Below are positions 24,250 through 33,895 of a DNA stretch of 64,000 nt, piece after piece. Source of the stretch: an uncultured Solirubrobacteraceae bacterium (lineage in GTDB: Bacteria > Actinomycetota > Thermoleophilia > Solirubrobacterales > Solirubrobacteraceae). The number at the start of each line of letters is the position of its first letter. Positions within the stretch are counted from its first letter, which is position 1. A program made the translations under genes and the position numbers. Where the stretch lies: positions 2,274 through 66,273 of the forward strand of contig CAVUSM010000001.1 in the NCBI GenBank assembly GCA_963744165.1. The letters run 5' to 3'. The notes beneath the pieces are model-generated. The model made no database searches, was not told the DNA's origin, and worked only from the letters and a program-made list of their open reading frames with translations.

Positions 24250-24371
24250 CAGCAGCTGGCGGGCGTCGCAGGTGCATCTGCCGGGCGGGATCGATACACA
24301 AACCCGCGACCGCCGATCCCCCGAAACTGCGGGCCGTCGCCCGCCGGATCGAGGAGTCGTGCCCGCTCGTA
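24250..24371 (+). other. Second orphan recombinase-tail-like sequence (copy 2)
   Basis: From 24285 reads AGSIHKPATADPPKLRAVARRIEESCPL; 16 of 28 aa are identical to copy 1 without gaps (manual alignment). Confidence 0.55.
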
Positions 24372-24529
24372 AGAGCTCGACCGCCCGCTCGGGCCTCAAG
24401 TTGAAGCTCGATCGTGGATCACCCTGGCGAAGCCTCGGGCAGCCCGATCGCATGGTCGCGCGCGAGGCGCCTTATGTGCGCGACGTCGGCACCCTTGACT
24501 GAACCGTACGATGCCCGTACAATTTTCCT

Positions 24530-24781
24530 ATGCGTACGCAGCGACTTGAGCTTCGTTTGACGGACGACGAGCGGCAACTCGACAGCACCGCAGCAACGGC
24601 CGTGGGCGAGACGCTCAGCGACTTCTTCCGCCGCGCAGCAAGCGCTCGCGCCCAAGAGGTCCTTGCCGATCAGCAGCAGATCGTGCTCAGCGAGGACGAG
24701 GCGGCGCGCTTCCTGGACGCGCTGGACGCCGTTGACGAGGACACGGTCGCACGCTTGCGCGAACTGCGCGAGCGCGCGTGA
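24530..24781 (+). CDS. DUF1778 ribbon-helix-helix antitoxin (TacA/AtaR-like)
   Basis: RLELRL..AA..GETLSDF..A.EVL...I.LS...RFLDALD; TACAAT 6 nt before the ATG; overlaps the GNAT start. Confidence 0.88.
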   Translation: MRTQRLELRLTDDERQLDSTAATAVGETLSDFFRRAASARAQEVLADQQQIVLSEDEAARFLDALDAVDEDTVARLRELRERA

Positions 24782-25294
24782 CGTCTGGCTTCGCCGGCAC
24801 CGAACGCTACGACGCCGCCCGCCACGACGTCACGGGCTTCAGCTGCGGCAACGAGTTACTCGACCGATGGCTGGTGCGCTATGCAGGTCAGAACCAGCGT
24901 CGAGACGCAGCACGAACCTTCGTCGTTCCCACCGCCGACCAATGCGTTTACGGCTACTACACGCTTCTCGCCGGGACAGCTCGATCATCACGAAGCGACG
25001 CCCGAGACCAGCAAAGGACTCTCGCAGCACTTTCCAATTCCGGTCGCGATCCTCGCCCGTCTAGCTGTCGATGTCGGCCAGCAAGGCCATGGGATTGGTG
25101 CAGCGCTTCTCAACGACGCGCTCATGCGCGTCGTCCTTGCATCCGAGCAGGTCGCTGTTCGGGCAGTCGTAGTGCACGCCGTTGACGGCAACGCTTCTTC
25201 GTTCTATGAACGGTTTGGCTTTCGCGCACTCGTCGACGCACCCAGAACGCTCATGGTCACGCTCGCCGCGCTTCGGAAGGCGGGCTACGAATAG
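24778..25294 (+). CDS. GNAT acetyltransferase toxin (TacT/AtaT-like), one frameshift near 24975
   Basis: HDVTGFSCGNELLDRWL, GYYTL, PIPVAILARLAVD..QGHGIGAALL, VVHA..FYERFGF. Confidence 0.88.
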
Positions 25295-25394
25295 TGAGTG
25301 CTAGCCGTGCTCGGTGACACCAAATGAGCGTGCGATGATCGCCTAGGCGGACGTCTGGTGCTATGATTCAGCAACACAACAGTATTGCTTTGTT

Positions 25395-25841
25395 ATGCCG
25401 ATTCTGGATCTTGACCGGACCACCGGCAATCTTCCGTCTGGAGTCCATGATGCGACATGGGATGAGCTCGTCGCCGCCTTCGGCTCGAACAGTCGCCGAT
25501 AAGAGCTGCTCGATGGGCTGTTTCGCGCGCTTTCAGCGCTCAGGGTCGCTGGCTGCGCTCGCGCCTACATCGACGGCAGCTTCGTCAGGGCGAAGGACTC
25601 GCCGGGCGACTTCGACGGCTGCTGGGAGGCCGGCGGGGTCGATGCGGGCCTGCTCGATCCCGTGCTACTGGACTTCACGCACCCGCGCGCCGCGCAGAAG
25701 GCGAAGTACGGCGGGGAGCTGTTCCTCGCCAACTCCGCCGCAGATCCGGCCGGCAGGGCTTTCATCGATTTCTTCCAGACGGACAAGACGACCGGACGGC
25801 GTAAGGGCATCGTCGCGATCGATCTCGGAGGACTCCCATGA
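25395..25841 (+). pseudogene. DUF6932-like nucleotidyltransferase-fold gene with in-frame TAA at 25500
   Basis: Manual translation: GNLPSGVHDATWDE..FG..RR*ELL..YIDGSFV..PGDFDGCW..KGIVAIDL; ATGA overlap with the XRE gene; absent from the ORF track. Confidence 0.75.
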
Positions 25842-26611
25842 TCGCCAATGAGCGCCAGCACAAAGTCGCCGCGGCAGAGATCAAGCGCTTTGAGAAAGCA
25901 ATTGAACAGGCGCAGGTGGACGGGCCGACGGCCAACGTAGACCCGCGTATTCATCGCGCGATGATCGCGGGCATGAACAGCCAGCTGGAGGATCTGCGCG
26001 AGCAGGTCGGCGACTACCAGGCGCTGCGCGAGGGGAAGATCAAAGGGCGCGTCCTGCACTCGATCCGCGAGCTCCCCGACGCACTGATCGAGGGACGTAT
26101 CGCACGGCGCTTTACGCAGAAGCAGCTGAGCCAGAAGCTAGGCATTCCCGAGCAGCAGATCCAGCGCTATGAGCAGACGCGCTACAGCGGAGCGAGCATC
26201 GAGCGACTGGGTGAGGTAGCCGACGCGCTGCAGCTCACCATCCGAAAGACGATCGAGTACCACATACCTCCGGTGATCGATAGACAGGCTTCGCGAGAAC
26301 GCCCAAGCGAGGGAAACCCGAGTGCTCGACGGCTCTCAAAAGCAACCAGATCGGGGGGAGCGATGGCGGGCAGAAGTACTGGAAAAGCAGCGGCATCGTC
26401 GGCCGGCAAAACACTGAGAGCAAAGTCCGCTAGCAAAGCGGCAAGGCGCGCGGCGGCCTCGGATCTGTCGCAGGTCGGCAACCAGAAGAAATCGAGCGCC
26501 AAAGCAGCGTCGGCGGCAGGGAAAACGCTGCGGGCGAAAAGCTCGAGCAAAGCTGCCCGCAAGGCGACCACCTCAAATCTCTCACAGGCCGGGCAAAAGA
26601 AGAAGCGCTGA
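25838..26611 (+). CDS. XRE-family HTH protein with a duplicated basic C-terminal module
   Basis: MIANERQH, LIEGRIARRFTQKQLSQKLGI..QQIQRYEQTRY; the tail has two AA.S.AGKTLRAKS.SKAAR......LSQ units. Confidence 0.8.
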   Translation: MIANERQHKVAAAEIKRFEKAIEQAQVDGPTANVDPRIHRAMIAGMNSQLEDLREQVGDYQALREGKIKGRVLHSIRELPDALIEGRIARRFTQKQLSQKLGIPEQQIQRYEQTRYSGASIERLGEVADALQLTIRKTIEYHIPPVIDRQASRERPSEGNPSARRLSKATRSGGAMAGRSTGKAAASSAGKTLRAKSASKAARRAAASDLSQVGNQKKSSAKAASAAGKTLRAKSSSKAARKATTSNLSQAGQKKKR

Positions 26612-26900
26612 GCGTCCCACCGTCACGTCGCCCTTCAGGCAGCCGATCTTCGTGACCGGAAAACAGCGGGCTAAAGAAACTCGATCGGCCTTGGATCGGG
26701 TCGGCGCGGGAAATCGACTTCGTCGAGCGCCGAGCGCATTGCGCCGAACAAAGAGATGATGACCGTCGCGACGCAAGCGAGCACCTGAAACGCTAGGTAC
26801 CGCGACCGCCGTCGTGAACAGCGCATCACGGTCCTACGGAACAATACGGCTGCGTCAACGGCTCCGCGTGGCATAGCAACACTCACAATCACCGCACTGG

Positions 26901-27203
26901 GTGCTGGATTCGACCGCGGCTCTGCGTAGGTTGGACGCACTGCCCGCCTACAACATCAAGGTCACCATCAAGCGCAAGGAGATGCACCTGGAGGTCGATT
27001 ACGGCCTTACCGGGTCGGGCCACCCGCATCTGTTTCTGCGCAGTTCGACGTCGAGCGCGCCGGTCCTGGCTGACCACGGGCCATGGCCAGTCGGCATACC
27101 GTGGAGCGTGACTGACCGCATGCGTAACAGCGGCGACGAGAAGGGTCGCGTGCTAGCCACCTGGCAGGAGCTACCCGGCGTGTCGCCAGTGCCACTCGCA
27201 TAG
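26901..27203 (+). CDS. Hypothetical protein (start uncertain)
   Basis: Protein-like composition (YNIKVTIKRKEMHLEVDYG); no family recognised. Confidence 0.35.
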   Translation: MLDSTAALRRLDALPAYNIKVTIKRKEMHLEVDYGLTGSGHPHLFLRSSTSSAPVLADHGPWPVGIPWSVTDRMRNSGDEKGRVLATWQELPGVSPVPLA

Positions 27204-27656
27204 CACGCGCACGGCACCGGTCCGCCGTACGTGTTCGACCTCGGGCGCTCCCACCGCCCGCCAAGCACGCACCACACACTGCCACCCAGGCGCTCACGGG
27301 GCAGGCGAACACGTCGACGAGCAGCCGGGCCGAGTGGGGTAGGACAGCTAGCTCGGACTTGGTTGTGCTTGGACGTCGCGGCCGCAGTACCGGCAGACGA
27401 TGGCTGCAGCCTTTATCGTCTCCGCGCACCACGGGCATGTGCGATCGACCGGAGGCAATGGCGTGTAGATGTTGCCTCCCTCGGGGGGCGCTTGCATAAG
27501 TGCGTTTGCCTCGTCTGCGCCCTCGATAAATCCTGTGGGGATGGGGGCGAAGTTTGCGCGGAGGATCTCCTTTGCTGTCGCGACCTTGTCGAGAACGTCC
27601 TCCTCGACCGTGACCATGAGATCCATCTCCGCGTTGGCATGAGGGTAAGCAGCTAG

Positions 27657-29308
27657 CCTCGATTCGTCACCAAGATGAGCTCTGGCTGATCCTTGGGCGA
27701 GGCGCGCCTCGGTGATGGCGGCGATCGCGGTGGCTGGGTCGAGGTGGGGGCTCGTGAGCGCCGGCTGGAGGCCGGCTGGGCGATCAGAAGCGCGTTTTTG
27801 CGCAGCGTGAAGCGGCGGGTGAAGCGTGCTCGTGCACGTCGTGTCGGCCTGGCTGGGCGCTCAGCCGTAGGCGGGAAGCTCCCGCAGCCGCTTGAACGCG
27901 CGGAGGATCGCGCCTGCCCAGGGCCAGTCGGCGGGCAGGTGCAGAGTGGTGCGCCGGGCGTGGCGGGTGATTTGCCCGGCGACGTGCAGGATGCGGTAGC
28001 GCAACCGCTTGGGTTCTGCGATGGCGTGCTCGCCTTCGAGGGTCAGCAGCTGTGTCCAGGTCATGATGTCGTGGGCTGTGAGCGCGAGCTCAAACCACGC
28101 GGCGTTCGCGGTGAAGGAGTGGAATGGGAGGTAACCCGCGCCGGTCGCCTTCAGCGTCTTGACGCGATCCTCGACTTCGGCGTGCCGGCGATGAAGCGCC
28201 TCCAGCGCCGCGATGTCCGGATCCGCCTGGTCGGTGATGAAGCATTGGAAGCGGTGCCCGTCCACGTCTGAGAAGGAGAGCTGCGCGCCGGGGTGTGGGC
28301 GCTCACGGCGGCAGACCAACCGGGTCCCTGAAGGCCATGATGAAAGATCGAGCAGGCCGGTGAGCTCGGTGACCCATGCCCCCTCGCGCAGCCCGCCGTC
28401 CTGGTTGATGGCAGGTATCCACGCGGCCTCATCCAGCGCGAGGATCTGCTCGCGGACCGTCTGGCTGATCGGGTAGCCAAGCGAGAACCGGATCCGTGTC
28501 TCACGACAGGCCTCCGCGAACTCGTGGCTTGCACCGGCAGAATCCGAGCGGGCGAGGATCTCGTCGCCGAGGGCGCTCTCGGGGAGCTGCTCGAGCGCGA
28601 GTTCCAGCACCCGCAAGTGATCTTGGGCGTTGTTCGCGCCGGCGTTCCCGGGCCGCAGGACACCGGCCAGCACCTCCCGGGCACAGGTCACGAGCAGCGG
28701 GTTGAAACCGAAGCCGCCCTTGTAGTGCCCGGCCGCCAGCTCCTTCTCGGAATGGATGCTGATCGGGGTCGCGTCGAAATCCAGGATCACCCGGCCAGGC
28801 CCAGCGCCGGCCTTCCATGCCCGCTCGCGAGCAACAGCACGTGCCTGACGGACCCGGCCGATCTCCGCCTGCCCGATCGAGAGCAGCACACGCCGGGCCG
28901 TGGGCACCGACGCGATGCTCCCGAACAACGCGCCCTGCCCCGCGAGCACCGTGAGATCTGAGACGCAGCGTCCACCGTCGGCTGCCATCACCGCCAGATC
29001 ACAGAGAACCCGGCCGGGGTCATGAGCGGAGCGACGCTCCCGGGTGCCCGCCAGCGCACCAGACAGGCCGTCCGTGAGCCCGAGACGCTGCGCCGTAAGC
29101 GCCAGCAACACCGTCCCCGCACGAGACGAGAGGCCAGTGCCGTCCGCGAGCACATCTACGGTTTCAAACGTCGCACTTCTCGTCACCTTCAAGGTGAACC
29201 TCCTGGACGGGTGGGTTGCATGGTTCGCAACCGCAATCCTGCCCGCCCAGGCGGACGTTTCAGCCGTCTGGCGAGCCCGCGTCCCACGCGGCTACTGACG
29301 AATCGAGG
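27657..29308. mobile_element. IS1380-family insertion sequence
   Basis: 13-bp perfect terminal IRs CCTCGATTCGTCA/TGACGAATCGAGG; CTAG duplicated at 27653-27656 and 29309-29312. Confidence 0.93.
27861..29192 (-). CDS. IS1380-family DDE transposase
   Basis: ILDFDAT, YKGGFGFNPL, LRPGNAGAN, RSDSAG, HRRHAEVEDRVK, EPKRLRYR. Confidence 0.93.
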   Translation of the reverse strand: MKVTRSATFETVDVLADGTGLSSRAGTVLLALTAQRLGLTDGLSGALAGTRERRSAHDPGRVLCDLAVMAADGGRCVSDLTVLAGQGALFGSIASVPTARRVLLSIGQAEIGRVRQARAVARERAWKAGAGPGRVILDFDATPISIHSEKELAAGHYKGGFGFNPLLVTCAREVLAGVLRPGNAGANNAQDHLRVLELALEQLPESALGDEILARSDSAGASHEFAEACRETRIRFSLGYPISQTVREQILALDEAAWIPAINQDGGLREGAWVTELTGLLDLSSWPSGTRLVCRRERPHPGAQLSFSDVDGHRFQCFITDQADPDIAALEALHRRHAEVEDRVKTLKATGAGYLPFHSFTANAAWFELALTAHDIMTWTQLLTLEGEHAIAEPKRLRYRILHVAGQITRHARRTTLHLPADWPWAGAILRAFKRLRELPAYG

Positions 29309-29872
29309 CTAGAACGCTAGCGGCTATATCGCGTGCATTGGTACACGCATCCACGAACGCACCGTACAACGGAGCGAACTCTTGCTCCTGTTGTTCGGCC
29401 ATCTCAGTGAAGCTTCGGATCGATATCTCGTGCTGAGGACGCTCGGCCGCCTTGTTTCGAGCGGCAACCGCAACATTCGCGACCTCTAGGCATGCAGTCG
29501 CGGAGTTAACGACTTCCAAGCATGCAGCAACGTACCGGCCGATCCAGCCGGCCGGTGGCTGCGGCGTAGCGCTCGCTCCTGCGTCACTCATGACTATCTC
29601 CTAGCTCGGCGCGTGCGTACACGCCCGGTTCCCCCAGGTCCAAAAGTCGGGCCTAGACCGGGCCGCGGGGAAGAATACAGAGCACGGGTTACTGGAGTTT
29701 GCCGCGTGCTCGGAATCTGAGTCGGGATTCGGCAACCTCTGGCGGTGGCGCATCGTCGACGGCAACTCCCACGCGTGTCATCCCTACGCCGCGGCTACGT
29801 TCACGTCGGGTGATCTTCCTCGGAGCTGAGAGCCCGAAGCACGGAGCTCTCGCGCGTCGAAGGTCGAGGCGC

Positions 29873-30592
29873 TCAGCTCTTCGGCTTTGTGATGAGCAAC
29901 TCGTAGGCCTGCCAGGCGCGCTGGGCGCTCGCCGGGTCGAGCGCGCTGAGCCCTCCCGGATTCAAACGATCACCCGCCTTACTCAGCCAGCGTCGCTCGG
30001 TCTTGCGGATCTCCAGTGCCGTGGCGCGAGGATCCTCGACGAGTGCGAGCAGTTGCAACAAGTCCTCACGCTGCGTCTCTGGGTCCCTGTGGACCATCAG
30101 CGAGCGGGCCTTGATCAAGATCGCGCCGAGCAACGTCGGTCGGCGCAGCTCGAATGAGCGGCCGCGCACGCTGATCGTGACGGTCTCCGCACGGCTCAGC
30201 GCCTGGGAGCCGCCGGGAGTCGGCACCGCCACGATCCCGGGAGCGAGGCTCGCCGACGGACGTATCCCGTCAGGTGCAAGCACATCGACGATCAGACCGT
30301 CTCGTTCGTAGCGGTGGGCATACCCATCGAGGTCCAGGCCGACCAGCTCGAATCCGCCGCTCTCCAGGGCCGCGTGGATCGCCTTGAGGGCACCCGGCGG
30401 TCGCGCCTGCCCGAGCACGTCGATGTCGACGGTCGATCGCACGTCGCTGACGTCGTGCTCGATCGCGTGCAGTTGCACCATCAGCCCTCCGATCAGCACC
30501 CACCCTGCCGGGAGACGTGGGACGAGATCGCCGAGCGCCGCCCACAGCGCGACAGTCTCGGGGTCCTCGAGGTCGATTTCGATCGCGCTCAC
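29873..30592 (-). CDS. Nucleotidyltransferase-fold protein (AbiEii/MenT-like putative toxin)
   Basis: WVLIGGLMVQLHA..RSTVDIDV (GG..DxD NTase motif), VDVLAPD, GAILIKA; overlaps the upstream HTH gene. Confidence 0.65.
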   Translation of the reverse strand: MSAIEIDLEDPETVALWAALGDLVPRLPAGWVLIGGLMVQLHAIEHDVSDVRSTVDIDVLGQARPPGALKAIHAALESGGFELVGLDLDGYAHRYERDGLIVDVLAPDGIRPSASLAPGIVAVPTPGGSQALSRAETVTISVRGRSFELRRPTLLGAILIKARSLMVHRDPETQREDLLQLLALVEDPRATALEIRKTERRWLSKAGDRLNPGGLSALDPASAQRAWQAYELLITKPKS

Positions 30593-31278
30593 AAGGCGAG
30601 CGCCCGCGCCGACTCGCGTCTCGCGCGAGAATCGTCGCTTTCGAGCAGGTCAAGCAGCACCGCCGCGCGCGGCGCGCGGCGCGCATCCTCTCGGTGGACA
30701 AGCGGCCACAGTTCGTCCGGCACCCAGCGAATCCGGATCGGGCCATCGCCGGCCGGAGTTAGCGCATGCTCGCTGAGCATCTGAGCGCGGTGTCCGGCCG
30801 GCGCGTAACCCTCGACGCCCGAAACTCCCCCGACGAGTCCAACGACGTCGATCGCCGACACCCCCGTCGCGAGGAAGTCGGGCCGCGCAAGGAGCCGCTC
30901 GAGCTCCGACGGATGACCGGCGAGGTCCTCGACATCGGCGCGCGAGCGCAGTTGGGACGCGTGCTCTCGCAACGGATGGCTTTCGAGCCACGCGCGCATC
31001 CGCGACGGGTAGCGCTCGCTGCGCGCCAGACGTTTGGCGCCTTGCTCGTCGCCTGATGCGAGAAGAACGATCGCCCATGCCATGGCCGGGGAGAGCGGCC
31101 TGCCGGACGAAGCGGGCTGACGGACATGGCGCTCCACGACGCGCTCGTCGAGCCACCAGCTTCGTCCGCGCTTGGTCGCCGGCAACCGCCCGGCGACGAT
31201 CCGTTGCCGTACCGCGGCCGGGCTGACGCCCAGGCGGCGGGCGGCCTCGTTGACGCTCAGCAGCCATGGACCGGGCAT
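30589..31278 (-). CDS. HTH DNA-binding protein with C-terminal extension (putative type IV antitoxin)
   Basis: LSVNEAARRLGVS..AVRQRI..GRLPATKRGRSW (excisionase-like HTH); C-terminal AAVLLDLLESDDSRARR. Confidence 0.65.
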   Translation of the reverse strand: MPGPWLLSVNEAARRLGVSPAAVRQRIVAGRLPATKRGRSWWLDERVVERHVRQPASSGRPLSPAMAWAIVLLASGDEQGAKRLARSERYPSRMRAWLESHPLREHASQLRSRADVEDLAGHPSELERLLARPDFLATGVSAIDVVGLVGGVSGVEGYAPAGHRAQMLSEHALTPAGDGPIRIRWVPDELWPLVHREDARRAPRAAVLLDLLESDDSRARRESARALAL

Positions 31279-31306
31279 GGACAGAATACTAGCGCCAGCA
31301 TGAGGA

Positions 31307-32554
31307 TTATGTCCGATTGTCTTGCGCCTCCTCCCCTTTCTCGGCCTCATCGTGCGCCGGCTTGGCCGTGAAGGCTCGTTCGGCGAAGGCTGCGCCATAG
31401 GCCGGGTCGGGGGCGTAGTCCGCGTAGATTTCAGTCGTCGCAAGGTTACGGTGGCCCATCCACTCCTGCAGCGTGCGCATCGGCACGCCCGCCGCCGCCA
31501 TGCGGGTGCCGAAGGTGTGCCGCAGTGAGTGGAAGGTGATGCCACTGTCGCGTCCGCAACGGTGCTCCATCCCCGCCGCCTTCATCGCCGCGTAGAAGCG
31601 TTTGCGCAGCTGTGAGGCGTCATACGGGTCGCCCGTGTGCGGGTGGCCGAACACGAGGTGATCGTCCTCCTGGTAGACGGAGCGCTTAAAGTGACGGTCG
31701 AGCTCGCCGGCCAAACGGTCGGCCATCGGCACCGCTCGCGAGGAGCGCTTTGACTTCGGCGTGCCCCAGTTCCTGCGCGTGTAGTTGCGCCGCACGCGGA
31801 TCAGCGACGCCGCCCAATCGACGTCACGCCAGCGCAGCGCGACGAGCTCGCCCTCACGGATGCCCGTCATCGCCGCCGTCAGGTACAGCGCATGGTCAGT
31901 CGGTGCACGCGCGTCCGGCTGCTCCTGCTCCTCAGCGGACGCCGAGGCTCGCGCCGCCGCGGCAAGCAACAGCGCGTCGAGCTCGCTCAAGTTTAGGAAG
32001 CGGATGTCCGGGTCGGCGTGCTCGGTCTCCGGGCGATCGGTCGCCGCGACCGGGTTTGACGTGCACCAGCCCTGCTTGAGCGCGAACGCAAAGACGCCGT
32101 GCGCAAAGTTCAGGTGGTTGACGATCGTCTTGCGGCTCAAGGCGTCCGTACCTGCGCTCTTCGCGGGGATGTAAGCGGCGACGTCGCGCGCGACGATGCG
32201 GTCGACCGACTTGGAGCCGAAGTGCGGCACGAGGTGCTTGTTGAGGATGATGCGGTAGTCCTGAATCGTCGATGGCTTGCGCCGCTTGACGTGCTCGAGG
32301 TGGTGCAGGTAGCGGTCGCCCGCCTCCTGGCAGGTCATCCGTTCCTCGGGCACGACGATGCGCACCTCGGTCATCAGACGTCGCAGCGCCATCTCAGCCT
32401 GCTTGCGCGTCAGTCCTTCACGCGTCCCAGGCGCGCGGATCTCGCCGAGCTTGCGCTTGACGTAGCGGTTGCCAATCCACCAGCGCCCATACCACGCGCC
32501 GCGATGAACGATCACCGAGCCTGAGCCATATGAGCGCTTCTGCCTGTCGCTCAT
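31307..32554 (-). CDS. Tyrosine recombinase/integrase (intact)
   Basis: KRSYGSGS arm-binding start, TGIREGELVALRW.D, TPKS, FHSLRHTFGT, MGH, TTEIY. Confidence 0.95.
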   Translation of the reverse strand: MSDRQKRSYGSGSVIVHRGAWYGRWWIGNRYVKRKLGEIRAPGTREGLTRKQAEMALRRLMTEVRIVVPEERMTCQEAGDRYLHHLEHVKRRKPSTIQDYRIILNKHLVPHFGSKSVDRIVARDVAAYIPAKSAGTDALSRKTIVNHLNFAHGVFAFALKQGWCTSNPVAATDRPETEHADPDIRFLNLSELDALLLAAAARASASAEEQEQPDARAPTDHALYLTAAMTGIREGELVALRWRDVDWAASLIRVRRNYTRRNWGTPKSKRSSRAVPMADRLAGELDRHFKRSVYQEDDHLVFGHPHTGDPYDASQLRKRFYAAMKAAGMEHRCGRDSGITFHSLRHTFGTRMAAAGVPMRTLQEWMGHRNLATTEIYADYAPDPAYGAAFAERAFTAKPAHDEAEKGEEAQDNRT

Positions 32555-32562
32555 CGTCTCTA

Positions 32563-32790
32563 CTACCTCAGCTCGCTTGGATTACGGACGCCGCCGGCCG
32601 AGCCGCGCTCGAGCGCAGCGATCCACTGCAGCACCGCCGAACGCCGATAGCGCACATACCGCCCGAGCGGCACGTGTGGAATCCGCTTGGCCCGCGTCTC
32701 GGCATACACCCAAGCCTTCGTCACCTGCAACAGAGCCGCGACCTCATCGGCGGTCAGCAGCGGATCGGTGGCAATCCGCGGAGCACCCAC
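32563..32790 (-). CDS. Excisionase-like HTH protein (start uncertain)
   Basis: LLTADEVAALLQV..WVY......IPHVPLGRYVRYRR, immediately upstream of the integrase. Confidence 0.8.
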   Translation of the reverse strand: MGAPRIATDPLLTADEVAALLQVTKAWVYAETRAKRIPHVPLGRYVRYRRSAVLQWIAALERGSAGGVRNPSELR

Positions 32791-33895
32791 TCCAGGCTGC
32801 ACAGCGACGCCAAGCCCGCGTGCAAGCCCAGCACGACGAGGCCGAGATGCGGGCAGTAAGCGAGCACGCCCTCCATGGCGTGAGGGGATCATCACAAGAG
32901 AACTCATCAGCTGCTCCAATCATCAGTGGGTTGTCGAAAAGGTCGGCAGGGCCCTCCCTGCCGACTTGATGCTCTAAAGACGGCAGCGTGCCGACGATGG
33001 ACGCGGACGAGATCGTCGTTCGAGCCTTGAGAATCTGATCTGCACGGACTGCTCGGCGGCAATAGCTCGTTGTAACGCCGGGAGAGTCGCCGCCGAGCAC
33101 ACACAGTCGAGAGGCGCCAGCTCTCACGTGGCCGCGTGCGGGGCGCCGGCGTCTGCGGCAGCGCTGTGAGGGGGTTTTGCCGCGCCAGGCGCAAGGGCCC
33201 CTTGCCGGTCGGCCCTGACCAGGTCCCGGACAACGGGGCGTCTGGCGCTAGTGCGACCATGGACCAAATGCCAACTCTGGAACAATTTCTCACTGATCCG
33301 AGCGTGAGCGAGGCCTCATATGGGCCAGGCAAGGTCGCCCAGTATCAAGGGAAGGACCGCTGGGAGATCTCTACGACGTGCGTGGTCGTAAGCGCCGTCA
33401 CGAGGGCCTACGGATGACCAAAGATGTTCTGGCTAAGCAGGGCGCTAGCAGCTTTGACGCGCAGCGGGTAGAACAGATCGTCTCGGAATACCCGGGCGGC
33501 TGAAGGCGGTCAGGAGGCGACGCGGAAGGGCGGGCGATCAGGTATGCCCCGGCGGATCGCTCGGTTTGAGCCAGGCTGGGTTTGACGGAGGCTTTGTGCC
33601 GCGGGTTCGTCCGCGGGGAAGGAGAGCCTTCGGTGATGCCAAGAGTGAGGAAGTACCCCGAGGAGCTGCTGGAGCGTGCGACGCGGCTGGTGTTCGAGTC
33701 AGGACGGCCGATCGCGCATGTTGGGCGTGATCTCGGGATCGCTCCCGAGACGCTGCGGAAATACGTGCGCAGGGTCGAAGCGGATGAGGGCCGTCGCAAC
33801 GACGTTCTGAGCTCTCAGGAGCGCGAGGAGATCAAGGCCCTGCGCCGCGAGGTTGCGCAGCTGCGCAGAGCAAACGAGATCTTGAAGTCGGCCAG

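Larger units (their letters stand above)
27348..29591 (-). pseudogene. ~195-aa zinc-ribbon protein gene split by IS1380
   Basis: Removing the IS and one CTAG joins ..DIAASVL to AAYPHANAEMDLMV.. in frame; the C-terminus is CPWCAETIKAAAIVCRYCG. Confidence 0.8.

Noticed and set aside
33130-33505. Short ORF pieces between xis and IS3
   Set aside because: No recognisable motif and the frames are broken.
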